Assembly: GCF_000008365.1 (NCBI RefSeq)
Contig: NC_006908.1
Span: 480,001 to 512,000 of the forward strand
Reading direction: 5' to 3'
DNA length: 32,000 nt
Origin: Mycoplasma mobile 163K
GTDB taxonomy: Bacteria; Bacillota_I; Bacilli_A; Mycoplasmatales; Metamycoplasmataceae
In this document: positions 23,556 to 32,000 of the stretch, one piece after another
How the letters are laid out: the number at the start of each line of letters is the position of its first letter
Numbering within the stretch: position 1 is the stretch's first letter
Program-made: the position numbers and the translations under genes
Notes under the pieces: generated by a model
The model's input: the letters and a program-made list of their open reading frames with translations, nothing else
Told to the model about the DNA's origin: nothing
Database searches by the model: none

Positions 23556-23561
23556 GAAATA

Positions 23562-25358
23562 ATGGATAAATCTAAAATTAGAAATTTTTCAATAATAGCT
23601 CATATTGACCATGGAAAAAGTACTTTAGCAGATAGAATTTTAGAATTGACTGAAACAGTTGAAAAAAGAGATTTAAAAGCTCAGCATTTAGATTCTATGG
23701 ATCTTGAAAAAGAACGTGGAATAACAATAAAGTTGAATGCAGTTCAAATTAAATATAAAGATTATGTTTTTCATTTAATAGATACTCCTGGACATGTTGA
23801 TTTTACATATGAAGTAAGTAGATCTTTAGCGGCTTCTGAAGGCGCTATTTTACTTGTTGATGCAACACAGGGAATTGAAGCTCAAACTTTAGCAAATGTT
23901 TATTTAGCTATGGATAATGGTTTAGAAATAATTCCGGTAATAAATAAAATTGATTTACCTTCTTCAGATCCAGAAGCAGTAAAAAAAGAAATTGAAGAAG
24001 TGATTGGAATAGATGCTTCTGATGCGATTTTAATTTCTGCAAAAACAGGTAAAAATATTGAAGATGTTTTAAAAGCAGTTATTGAAAAAATTCCTGCTCC
24101 TAAAAATGCAGATGATAATAAGCCTTTAAAGGCCTTAGTTTTTGATTCATATTATGATCAATATCGTGGTGTTGTTTTGTTGATTAGAATTTTTGAAGGA
24201 AAAATAAAAGTTGGAGATGAGTTTTTCTTCATGCAAAGTAAAAACAAGTTTCATGCAACAGAATTAGGTGTTAGAAAACCAGTAGAATTAAAAAAAGATA
24301 GTTTAGAAGCTGGAGAAGTTGGATGACTATCGGCTTCAATTAGAAATGCAAAAGATGTTAGTGTTGGAGATACAATCACTTTATATAATAATCCAACCGA
24401 AAAACCATTACAAGGGTATAAAAAATTAAAACCTGTAGTTTACACAGGATTTTTTCCTATCGATTCTCAAGATTATGACGATTTAAAAGAATCTCTAATA
24501 AAAATTTCTTTAAGTGATTCTTCAATTTCTTTTGAACCAGAAACTTCAAAAGCTCTAGGTTTTGGTTTTAGAGTAGGTTTTTTAGGGATGCTTCATATGG
24601 AAATTTTACAAGAAAGACTTAGTAGAGAATTTAATATAGATTTAATTGCAACAGCTCCTAGTGTTGAATTTCATGTCACAACAACTAATGGTGAAATGTT
24701 GTCTATTTCAAATCCTTCGTTGTTACCAGAGAAAAATTATATCCAAAAAATAGAAGAGCCTTATATAAAAGCAAGCATAATTTTACCTAAAGAATATGTT
24801 GGAGCTGTAATGGAAATGTGTCAAGGTAAAAGAGGAGTTTATCAAGATTTAGAATTTTTAGACGAAAATAGAAGAAGACTTGTTTACAATTTACCTTTAT
24901 CAGAAATTGTTTTTGATTTTTTTGATAGGCTTAAAAGTTTAACAAAAGGATATGCTTCTTTTGATTATGAAATAATTGGTTATTTAGAAAGCGATTTAAT
25001 TAAAGTAGATGTTCTTTTAAATGGTGAAAAAATTGATGCTCTTGCAATCATTGTTCACAAAGATTTTGCATATAGTAGAGGTAGAGACTTAACTGTAAAG
25101 TTAAAAGAAGTAATTCCAAGACAAAACTTTGAAATTCCAGTTCAAGCAGCAATTGGTGCAAAAGTAATTGCAAGAGAAACAATTAAAGCTTATCGTAAAG
25201 ATGTTACAGCTAAATTATATGGTGGAGATGTAACAAGAAGGCAAAAACTTCTAAAAAAACAAAAAGCAGGAAAGAAACGAATGAAATCAATTGGTTCTGT
25301 TGAAATTCCTCAAGAAGCTTTTTTGGCTATTTTAGAAACTGATGTAACTAAAAAATAG
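23562..25358 (+). CDS. lepA: Translation elongation factor 4 (LepA)
   Basis: [25 protein letters not shown]...DTPGHVDF...NKIDL. One TGA=Trp at 24324 joins ORF-track pieces 23562-24326 and 24588-25358; I translated the gap. TAG at 25356-25358. Confidence 0.96.
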
Positions 25359-25366
25359 GATGTAAG

Positions 25367-25624
25367 ATGTTTGAAGAAAAAACAATAGATTTGCATGGAT
25401 TAGATTCATGAGAAGCAACAGGAGTTATTTTGAATGAGCTTTTTGTTCTTGAAGAAAATTCAGACTACAAAAAATCTATCCTTTTCATAACAGGGAAAGG
25501 AAAAGGTGTTTTGATTGAAACTCTTCTTGAGATTTTAAAATCAGAAAATTATTATTATAATAAAATTACTGAAGGATCATTTCGTGTTTATGCAAAAAAA
25601 GAAAAAATTAAGGAATTTTTTTAA
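25367..25624 (+). CDS. Small Smr-domain protein (85 aa)
   Basis: ATG 25367-25369 with AGGA 7 nt upstream. MFEEKTIDLHGLDSWEATGVILNELF...ILFITGKGKGVL matches the Smr pattern (LDLHG...hGkG). TGA=Trp at 25409. The ORF-track entry 25430-25624 is only the downstream part of this gene. Confidence 0.75.
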
Positions 25625-25628
25625 ATAA

Positions 25629-26465
25629 ATGAAAATAATTTTAGCAGGAACTCCTGATTTTTCAGTTCCAATTTTTGAAGAAATAATAAAAAAATATGAA
25701 GTTGTCGCAATAATTACTCAGCCAGATAAACAAGCAAATAGGGGGCTAAAAACTCAAGAATCTCCTGTAAGTTTTTTAGCTAATAAATATAAAATAAAAT
25801 TATTTAAACCTGAAAAAATATCTCAAATTTTTCATGAATTAGAAAAATTAGATTTTGATTTTTTTCTTACAGCTGCATTTGGACAATATATCCCTACTAA
25901 TATTTTAGAACTTCCAAAGAAAGCATCTTTAAATATTCATGGCTCATTATTACCAAAATATCGAGGAGCAGCTCCAATTCAACATGCAATTTTGAACGGG
26001 GATTTAAAAACAGGTATCTCTTTAATCTATATGACAAAAAAAATGGATGCTGGAAATATTTTAAAAACAGAAGAATTCGAAATATATGATAATGATGATG
26101 CGGATTCTATTTTTTTAAAAATGTCTTTAATAGCAAGTAAGAAAATCAATTTTTGGTTAGAAAGCATTATGAAAAATGATTTTGAAGAAATTGTTCAAGA
26201 CGAATTTTTTGCAACACAAGCTCCTAAACTTTTAAAAGAAGATGCAAAGATTGATTTAGAAAAAATGACTTTTGAAGAAATAAAAAATAAAGTAAGAGCA
26301 TTTAGTTCTAATCCTGGATCATATATTTTTTTAAACAAAAAAAGAGTTAAAATTTTTAGAGTTTCTTTAACAAATAAAAAAGGATTAGAAATTAAATATA
26401 AAAATGGTTTGTTGTATGCAACAAAATATCAAATTGAAGGTAAAAAAATTGTTGATTTAAATTAA
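25629..26465 (+). CDS. fmt: Methionyl-tRNA formyltransferase
   Basis: MKIILAGTPDFSVPIFEEII..., ITQPDKQANRGLK, NIHGSLLPKYRGAAPIQHAILNGD. Intact 278-aa ORF in the track. Confidence 0.9.
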   Translation: MKIILAGTPDFSVPIFEEIIKKYEVVAIITQPDKQANRGLKTQESPVSFLANKYKIKLFKPEKISQIFHELEKLDFDFFLTAAFGQYIPTNILELPKKASLNIHGSLLPKYRGAAPIQHAILNGDLKTGISLIYMTKKMDAGNILKTEEFEIYDNDDADSIFLKMSLIASKKINFWLESIMKNDFEEIVQDEFFATQAPKLLKEDAKIDLEKMTFEEIKNKVRAFSSNPGSYIFLNKKRVKIFRVSLTNKKGLEIKYKNGLLYATKYQIEGKKIVDLN

Positions 26466-26467
26466 TT

Positions 26468-26498
26468 AAAAAAGATCCTCGTCATGAGGATCTTTTTT
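26468..26498. terminator. Bidirectional rho-independent terminator between convergent fmt and ptsH
   Basis: aaaaaagatcctc-gtcat-gaggatctttttt: a 13-bp perfect stem (GC core gatcctc/gaggatc) and 5-nt loop, with an A-run on one side and a T-run on the other. It lies 3 nt after the fmt stop and 8 nt from the ptsH stop. Confidence 0.85.
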
Positions 26499-26505
26499 AA
26501 CAAAA

Positions 26506-26772
26506 TTAGATTAATTTTTCATCAATTAATACTTTTTCAATTTGTTTGATTGCTGCTGCTTCATCTTCGCCTTCAGCAGTAATTTTAATTTTTTCACCAT
26601 GTCTAATTGCTAAAGACATAATATTTATTACTGATTTTAAATTTCCAACAGTTCCATCTGCTTTAGTTATTTCGATTTTTGAATGAAATTTTGAAGCTAC
26701 ATTCACAACTTTCGAAGCTGGCCTTGCATGAAATCCAATTTTGTCAATAACAACTGCTTCTAATTTTTTCAT
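26506..26772 (-). CDS. ptsH: Phosphocarrier protein HPr
   Basis: 88 aa. GFHARPAS (His15 site) and NLKSVINIMSL (Ser46 regulatory site). AAGGAG Shine-Dalgarno upstream of ATG 26770-26772. Confidence 0.95.
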   Translation of the reverse strand: MKKLEAVVIDKIGFHARPASKVVNVASKFHSKIEITKADGTVGNLKSVINIMSLAIRHGEKIKITAEGEDEAAAIKQIEKVLIDEKLI

Positions 26773-26805
26773 AATGTCTCCTTATAGTTTTTATTAACAC
26801 AAATA

Positions 26806-26811
26806 ATTATA
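26806..26811 (-). promoter_or_regulatory. Possible internal -10 box (TATAAT) for ptsH, overlapping the ileS stop codon
   Basis: The minus strand reads GTTATATTATAATTATTTGTG. The hexamer is about 34 nt upstream of the ptsH ATG and would give a leader that includes AAGGAG. Confidence 0.3.
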
Positions 26812-29464
26812 ATATAACTTTCGAACATCTAACACATAAATTATCTTTATCTATAAAATCAAAATAAATTCTACATCTTTCGCATAAATGACCTTCATAG
26901 TTTTCAATTTTATTTTCTTTAGAAAAGATAACTTTACCCACCATTAAAAGATTTTTCAAATCTAATGTTTTTAAGAATTCATCAGTTTCTTTTATGTAAA
27001 CTAATGCTTGATTTGCGCTTTTAATAAGTTTGTCTTTAATTGCTATTTCAATCAAAGCATAAACTTTATTTTTTAATTCAAAAAAGGAATTTCACTTTTC
27101 TTCTTGAATTGTTTCGATACTTGATATTCCAAAGAAATTTTCTAAATGAACACTTTCTTTTTTGTTTGCTTGATCAAATATTTGATAAACTTCTTCGATT
27201 GTAGTTGGTAAAATTGGAGCTAAAATTAATAATAAAGTTTTTGTAATGTTGTAAAAATTAGTTTGAATCATTTTTCTTTGTAAATCTTCTATTTTATTTG
27301 CATACAAAATATCTTTTGAAAAATCAAGATAAAAAGAAGATAAGTTATAAACAAAATTATTTGTTAATTTTATCACATTTGTAAATTGAAAATTTTCATA
27401 AGCAATTTTTGTATTAAATTTTAAAGTCTCTAGTTGTTCTTTTATTAGTAAATGAATTCCTGTCAATTCTTTTAAATCTTTTTTATAATCAAAATCTACT
27501 AAATTAGCAATTAAAAATCTAAAAGTGTTTCTAAATTTTCTATATATTTCAACATTTTGATTAATAATATTTTCTCCAATAGTTACATCAGAAGTATATT
27601 CACTATTTGCAACTCACAATCTTAAAATATCAGCACCAAATTTAGAAATTATTTCTTGTGGTAAGACAACATTACCTTTTGATTTAGACATTTTATTACC
27701 TTTTTCATCTAAAACAAATCCATGACTTACTAATTTTTTAAATGGAGCTTGATTGTAATAAACTACTGAATTGATTAAAGATGAGTTGAATCATCCGCGA
27801 TATTGATCACTTCCTTCTAAATAAACATCTCAAGGAACAGGAGCACCTTCAATTTTTACTCCCATTGAAGTTGTTCCACTATCAAATCAAACATCCATAA
27901 TATCTTTTTCTTTTGTTCAATTTTTATTTTTATATTTTTCTGGTAATAATTCATCTGTTGATTTTTCAAATCAAATATCAGTTCCATATTTTGAAACCAA
28001 ATCTATAATATGATCAAATAATTCTTCTTCAAAAACAGGTTCATTTTTTTCATTATAAAAAATTGGGATTGGAACTCCTCAAGCTCTTTGCCTACTAATT
28101 GTTCAACTTGTTCGATTATCAATCATAGTTTTCAAACGGCTAATTCCTCAAGTTGGATATGATTCAACATGTTCGATAGATTTTGTGATTTTTTCTTTAA
28201 TTGGATCAATTGAAACAAACCATTGATTTGAACCACGATAAATTACAGGTTTATTAGTTCTTCAATCATGTGGATATGAGTGATATAAAAATGAATGATG
28301 CAATAACAAATTATTTTGCTTTAAAAATTCATTAATTTCAGGATTTGCATCTCAATAAAATTTGTTTGCAAATTGATTGCCAAATTCATTAATACTTCCA
28401 TCATCATTAATGTGCATAATTTCTTCTAATTTTTCAACTCTTCCAATGATAAAATCATCCAATCCAAAAAGAGGTGCCATATGAACTAGACCAGATCCTG
28501 ATTCTAAAGTTACATGGTGCCCTAAAACAATAGGAGCTGTTTTTTCTTGTTTAATAGGTCTTTGATATTCAATTCCTACTAAATCTTTACCTTGAAAACT
28601 GGAAATGATTTTAAAATTTTTTCAACCAAAAATTTCTGTTACTTTTTGAACTAAATCAGTTGCAAAAATATAATTTTTATTTTCATAATTAATTTTTGAA
28701 TAAGAAAATTCTTCTTTAACACTAACTCCTGAATTTGCAATTAAGGTTCATGGGGTTGTTGTTCAAATAACTAAAAAATCATTTTTTTCAACAAATTTAT
28801 TACCTTTTACAATTTTAAAAGCAGTATAAATTGAGTGTGATTTATGTTCATGATATTCTACTTCTGCTTCAGCTAAAGCTGATTGAGAAGATGGAGATCA
28901 AAAAACAGGCTGTAAACTTTTGTAAATTAAACCATCTAAAGCCATTTTTTTAAACACTTTCAATTGTTCAGCTTCGAATTTAGGATCTAAAGTTTGATAG
29001 TAGTCTTTAAAATCAGAAAAAAGTTGCATTGTTAAAAATTGTTTTTTTTGATTTTTTATCTGAGATAATGCATATTCTCTTGCTTGTTTTCTTAGTTCTA
29101 AAGTGCTTATATTTTTATGATCATCAATTTTTAATTCTTTTAATATTTTATTTTCAATAGGTAGTCCATGAGTATCTCAACCTGGAACAAAAGGAGCATA
29201 AAAACCTGAAAGGCTTTTATATCTTACCACTATGTCTTTTAAAATTTTGTTTAATGCATGTCCAATATGTAAATCTCCATTAGCATATGGAGGCCCATCA
29301 TGCAAAATAAAAGGTTTATTTGTTTTATTTTTTTCTAGTGCTTTTTGATAAATTTTATTTTGATCCCAGAAGGTTTTAAATTTTAACTCTTTTTCTATTA
29401 AATTGGCTCTCATAGGTAAAACATCTTGAGGGATATTAAGAGTTTCTTTATATTTATTTTTCAT
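26807..29464 (-). CDS. ileS: Isoleucyl-tRNA synthetase
   Basis: ATG 29462-29464. [19 protein letters not shown] (HIGH), [18 protein letters not shown] (KMSKS), C-terminal CERC...CVRC zinc motif. I translated the whole 27466-29177 gap; it contains only TGA=Trp. TAA at 26807-26809. Confidence 0.96.
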
Positions 29465-29474
29465 ATTTTTATCT

Positions 29475-31085
29475 CTATTTAGAGTTTAACTTTCTCTTTT
29501 TTATCGATTGTATAAACGCACTAAATAATTTTTGTGGCTCAAGTGGAGTAGAATTAAATTCAGGATGATATTGTGTTCCTAAATAGAAATCTAAATTTTT
29601 AACTTCGCAAATTTCTGGTGTATTTAGTTTTTTATTAAAACCTGAAAATATAAATTCATCATCTGATAGAATTTTTTGAAATTCTGGTTGAACTTCATAT
29701 CTATGTCTATGTCTTTCGGAAATTTTTGTGCTTTTATAAATATCAAATGCTAATGTATTTTTTTCTACATTTACATCATATTCACCTAATCTTAAAGTCC
29801 CACCTAAACTACTTCCTTTTGTAGACTCCTGGATAGTGTTTAGAACCATTGTTCCTTTTTTGCTAAATTCTGCTGAATCAGCATCCTTAATACCTTTTTC
29901 TCTTGCTTGAGCAATAACCATTGCTTGAAAACCTAAACAAATTCCAAAAGTTGGAATATTAACTTTTTTCAATCATGAAGAAGCAACAATTTTTCCATGT
30001 CATCCTCTAATTCCAAATCCTGGTAAAATGACAACTCCATCAAATTTTCCAAGAGTTAATTCAATATTATCTTCTTTAATATTTTCACTACTTAATCAAG
30101 TAAGCACTACTTTTACATTTTCATAAGTAGAAGAAACAAATAGAGCTTCTACAATTGATTTATAAGCATCTGGAAATTCTGTATATTTTCCTAACATTGC
30201 CAATTTTATTTCTAAACCTTTTGGTTTATCGATTAAATTAACAAATTTTTCTCATTTTTCTAAATTAGGAATTGGATTTTCCATTTTAAAATGATCAAGA
30301 ATAATTTTTGCGACATTTTGTGCTTCCAAATATAAAGGAATTTTATAAATTGAAGATGAATCTGGAATAGGGATAACATTTTCATATGAAAGTAAAGAAA
30401 AAGTAGAAGCTTTTTCTCTTATGAAAGATGGTAGTTCTTTTTCACTTCTTAAAAAAAGCATGTTTGCATTAATTCCAAAACTTCTTAATTTTTCAAGTGA
30501 AACTTGAGAAGGTTTTGTTTTTCATTCTTGTGAAGATTGCAAATAAATAATGTAAGAAACGTGAATAAAAAAAATGTCATCACGATTTTTTGCACCTAAT
30601 TGTGCAATTGCATAAAAAAATGGATTTGATTCAATATCTCCGACAGTACCACCAATTTCGGTGATAATAAAATCAGGTTGATATTTATTTGCAGCATTTT
30701 TTATAACTGCAATAATTTCATCAGTTACATGAGGAATTACTTGAACGGTTTTACCTAAAAATTCTCCTTCTCTTTCCCTTTGGATGATATTATTTAAGAT
30801 ACTTCCTGAGGTATAGTTACTTTCTTTAGTGAATTTTGTATTAATAAATCTTTCATAATGCCCTAAATCTAAATCTGTTTCTCCACCATCTGAAGTAACA
30901 AAAACTTCTCCATGCTCATAAGGTGACATTACACCCGGATCAACATTTAAATAAGGATCAAGTTTTTGAACAAAAATTGAAAATCCTCTTGCTTTTAAAA
31001 TATTACCTAAAGAAGCTGCTGAAACACCTTTTCCTAGTCCCGAAACCACTCCACCTGTTACAAAAATAAACTTTGTTTTTGACAT
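29475..31085 (-). CDS. pyrG: CTP synthase
   Basis: Preferred start is ATG 31083-31085 ([20 protein letters not shown]) with GGAGG 6 nt upstream. The ORF-track start at 31097 would lie on top of that Shine-Dalgarno sequence. GATase domain GICLGFQ...HRHRYE. I checked the gaps. TAG at 29475-29477. Confidence 0.94.
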
Positions 31086-31114
31086 TTTTTCCTCCATTTT
31101 TACTTATGTTCTAT

Positions 31115-31120
31115 ATTATA
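31115..31120 (-). promoter_or_regulatory. Candidate -10 box (TATAAT) for pyrG
   Basis: The minus strand reads TTTATAATATAGAACATAAGTAAAAATGGAGGAAAAAATG. The hexamer lies 29 nt upstream of the ATG, leaving a short leader that carries GGAGG. I found no convincing -35. Confidence 0.4.
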
Positions 31121-31483
31121 AATTAAAAAAATAAATTAAAAAAGTATTTTCAATAATTAAAAAACAATTGAAAAAAGCTGCTTAAAAATCCATTAAATTA
31201 GTTTTTTCTTAGTTTTTAATTAACACTTTGATGTTGAATTGTAATAAATTACTTCTTAAGTTATAATATTTTTTGCATTAAGAATTTTTAGTCTTTTATG
31301 TATTTTAATTATGAATTTTTATAGTTAAAAACTTTAAATATTTTATGATTTTTAATTTTAATAATTATTCACAATATTTATTAAAATTAAAAAAATAGAT
31401 TAAAATTTATTTAAATAAATAAGTTATGAATCTTTAACCTCATTATTTCAATTTAAAAATAAAATAATTAAGAGAAAATCTTG

Positions 31484-31489
31484 TATAAT
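31484..31489 (+). promoter_or_regulatory. -10 box (TATAAT) 6 nt upstream of the glycosyltransferase ATG
   Basis: ttgTATAATtttttaATG. The spacing is the same as at lepA. The nearest purine-rich stretch (aagagaaaa) is about 20 nt upstream, too far for a Shine-Dalgarno sequence. Confidence 0.4.
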
Positions 31490-31495
31490 TTTTTA

Positions 31496-32000
31496 ATGGA
31501 AAAAAAATTAAGTGTTATTATTCCTTGTTATAATTGCGAAAAATTTATTGAAAAAGCAATAAATTCTATTTTTGAAGAAAATAAAAAAAACATTGACAAT
31601 ATGGAGGTTCTTATTGTAAATGATGGATCAAAAGATAATTCCGAAACTATACTTAACGAGTTGAAAGATAAATATCTAAATCTTAAAATTTATAAAAAAG
31701 AAAATGGAAATTGAGGAAGTGTTATTAATTTTGTAAAAAATAATAAATTAACAACAGGAAAATATTTATCTATTTTAGATGCTGATGATTGATATATAAA
31801 GGGTGCATTAGAAAAAATCTGACCTATTTTTGAAAAAAATTATGATTTAATTATAAGTGAATTTTCAAAATTAAAAAAGGGGAAACAAACAAGAAATAAT
31901 GTTGGATTTTTTAGAAAAACTGGGCGAATTTCTAAATATAGCGCACTTACTCCATGAAGTATGCCTTTAGGTAAGTTTGTTAGAAATGAAGTTTTTTACA
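31496..32000 (+). CDS. Family 2 glycosyltransferase, 3' end runs off the window
   Basis: ATG 31496-31498. MEKKLSVIIPCYNCEKFIEKAINSI...VNDGSKDNS...ILDADDWY (DxD). TGA=Trp codons at 31712, 31790, 31820 and 31955. The ORF-track start at 31481 is a TTG inside the promoter. Confidence 0.85.

Noticed and set aside
25629-26465. fmt seems short (278 aa) compared with typical ~310-aa enzymes, so a C-terminal truncation was considered.
   Set aside because: The ORF ends at a normal TAA followed 3 nt later by a strong terminator. The catalytic motifs and part of the C-terminal domain are present, and compact versions of housekeeping proteins are common in reduced genomes. No frameshift is evident.
31086-31097. 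ORF-track start [10 protein letters not shown] for pyrG at 31097.
   Set aside because: The GGAGG Shine-Dalgarno sequence lies inside these four codons, 6 nt upstream of the second ATG (31083-31085). That start gives the canonical CTP synthase N-terminus [12 protein letters not shown].

Overview
This is a very AT-rich Mollicutes-type chromosome segment that has to be read with genetic code 4 (TGA=Trp). Nearly every real gene is split in the supplied standard-code ORF track at in-frame TGA codons, which fall at conserved Trp positions. I re-translated all the large genes by hand across those gaps. Bases 1-23055 form one co-directional minus-strand carbohydrate block of 14 intact genes, one interrupted permease gene and one gene remnant. 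In transcription order: glgA, glgB, type I pullulanase, glgC, glgD, GH13 alpha-glucosidase, pgmB, GH65 (maltose-type) phosphorylase, solute-binding lipoprotein B, a GH65 3' remnant, solute-binding lipoprotein A, a small 4-TM protein, a zinc-ribbon protein, a MalF-like permease, a MalG-like permease, and a MalK/MsmK-type ATPase that runs off the window. The rest is housekeeping: lepA, an Smr-domain protein and fmt on the plus strand; a bidirectional terminator; ptsH, ileS and pyrG on the minus strand; and a partial family-2 glycosyltransferase on the plus strand. I found no rRNA, tRNA, CRISPR array, transposase, integrase or recognisable defence system. The unusual content is structural. (1) A head-to-tail ~2.5 kb tandem duplication (6385-8912 and 8913-11410) produced two binding-lipoprotein paralogs and a decaying GH65 remnant, and identity along the repeat is strongly mosaic. 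(2) A single in-frame TAA interrupts the otherwise conserved MalF-like permease. (3) Both permeases carry very long Lys-rich N-terminal soluble extensions (~457 and ~290 aa). (4) Two orphan genes sit inside the transporter operon. (5) A complete glycogen gene set occurs in a TGA=Trp organism, in a non-canonical order. (6) lepA and the glycosyltransferase gene have leaderless-type promoter geometry. All product calls rest on motif and family recognition by eye. No database search was run, and the identity estimates are approximate.
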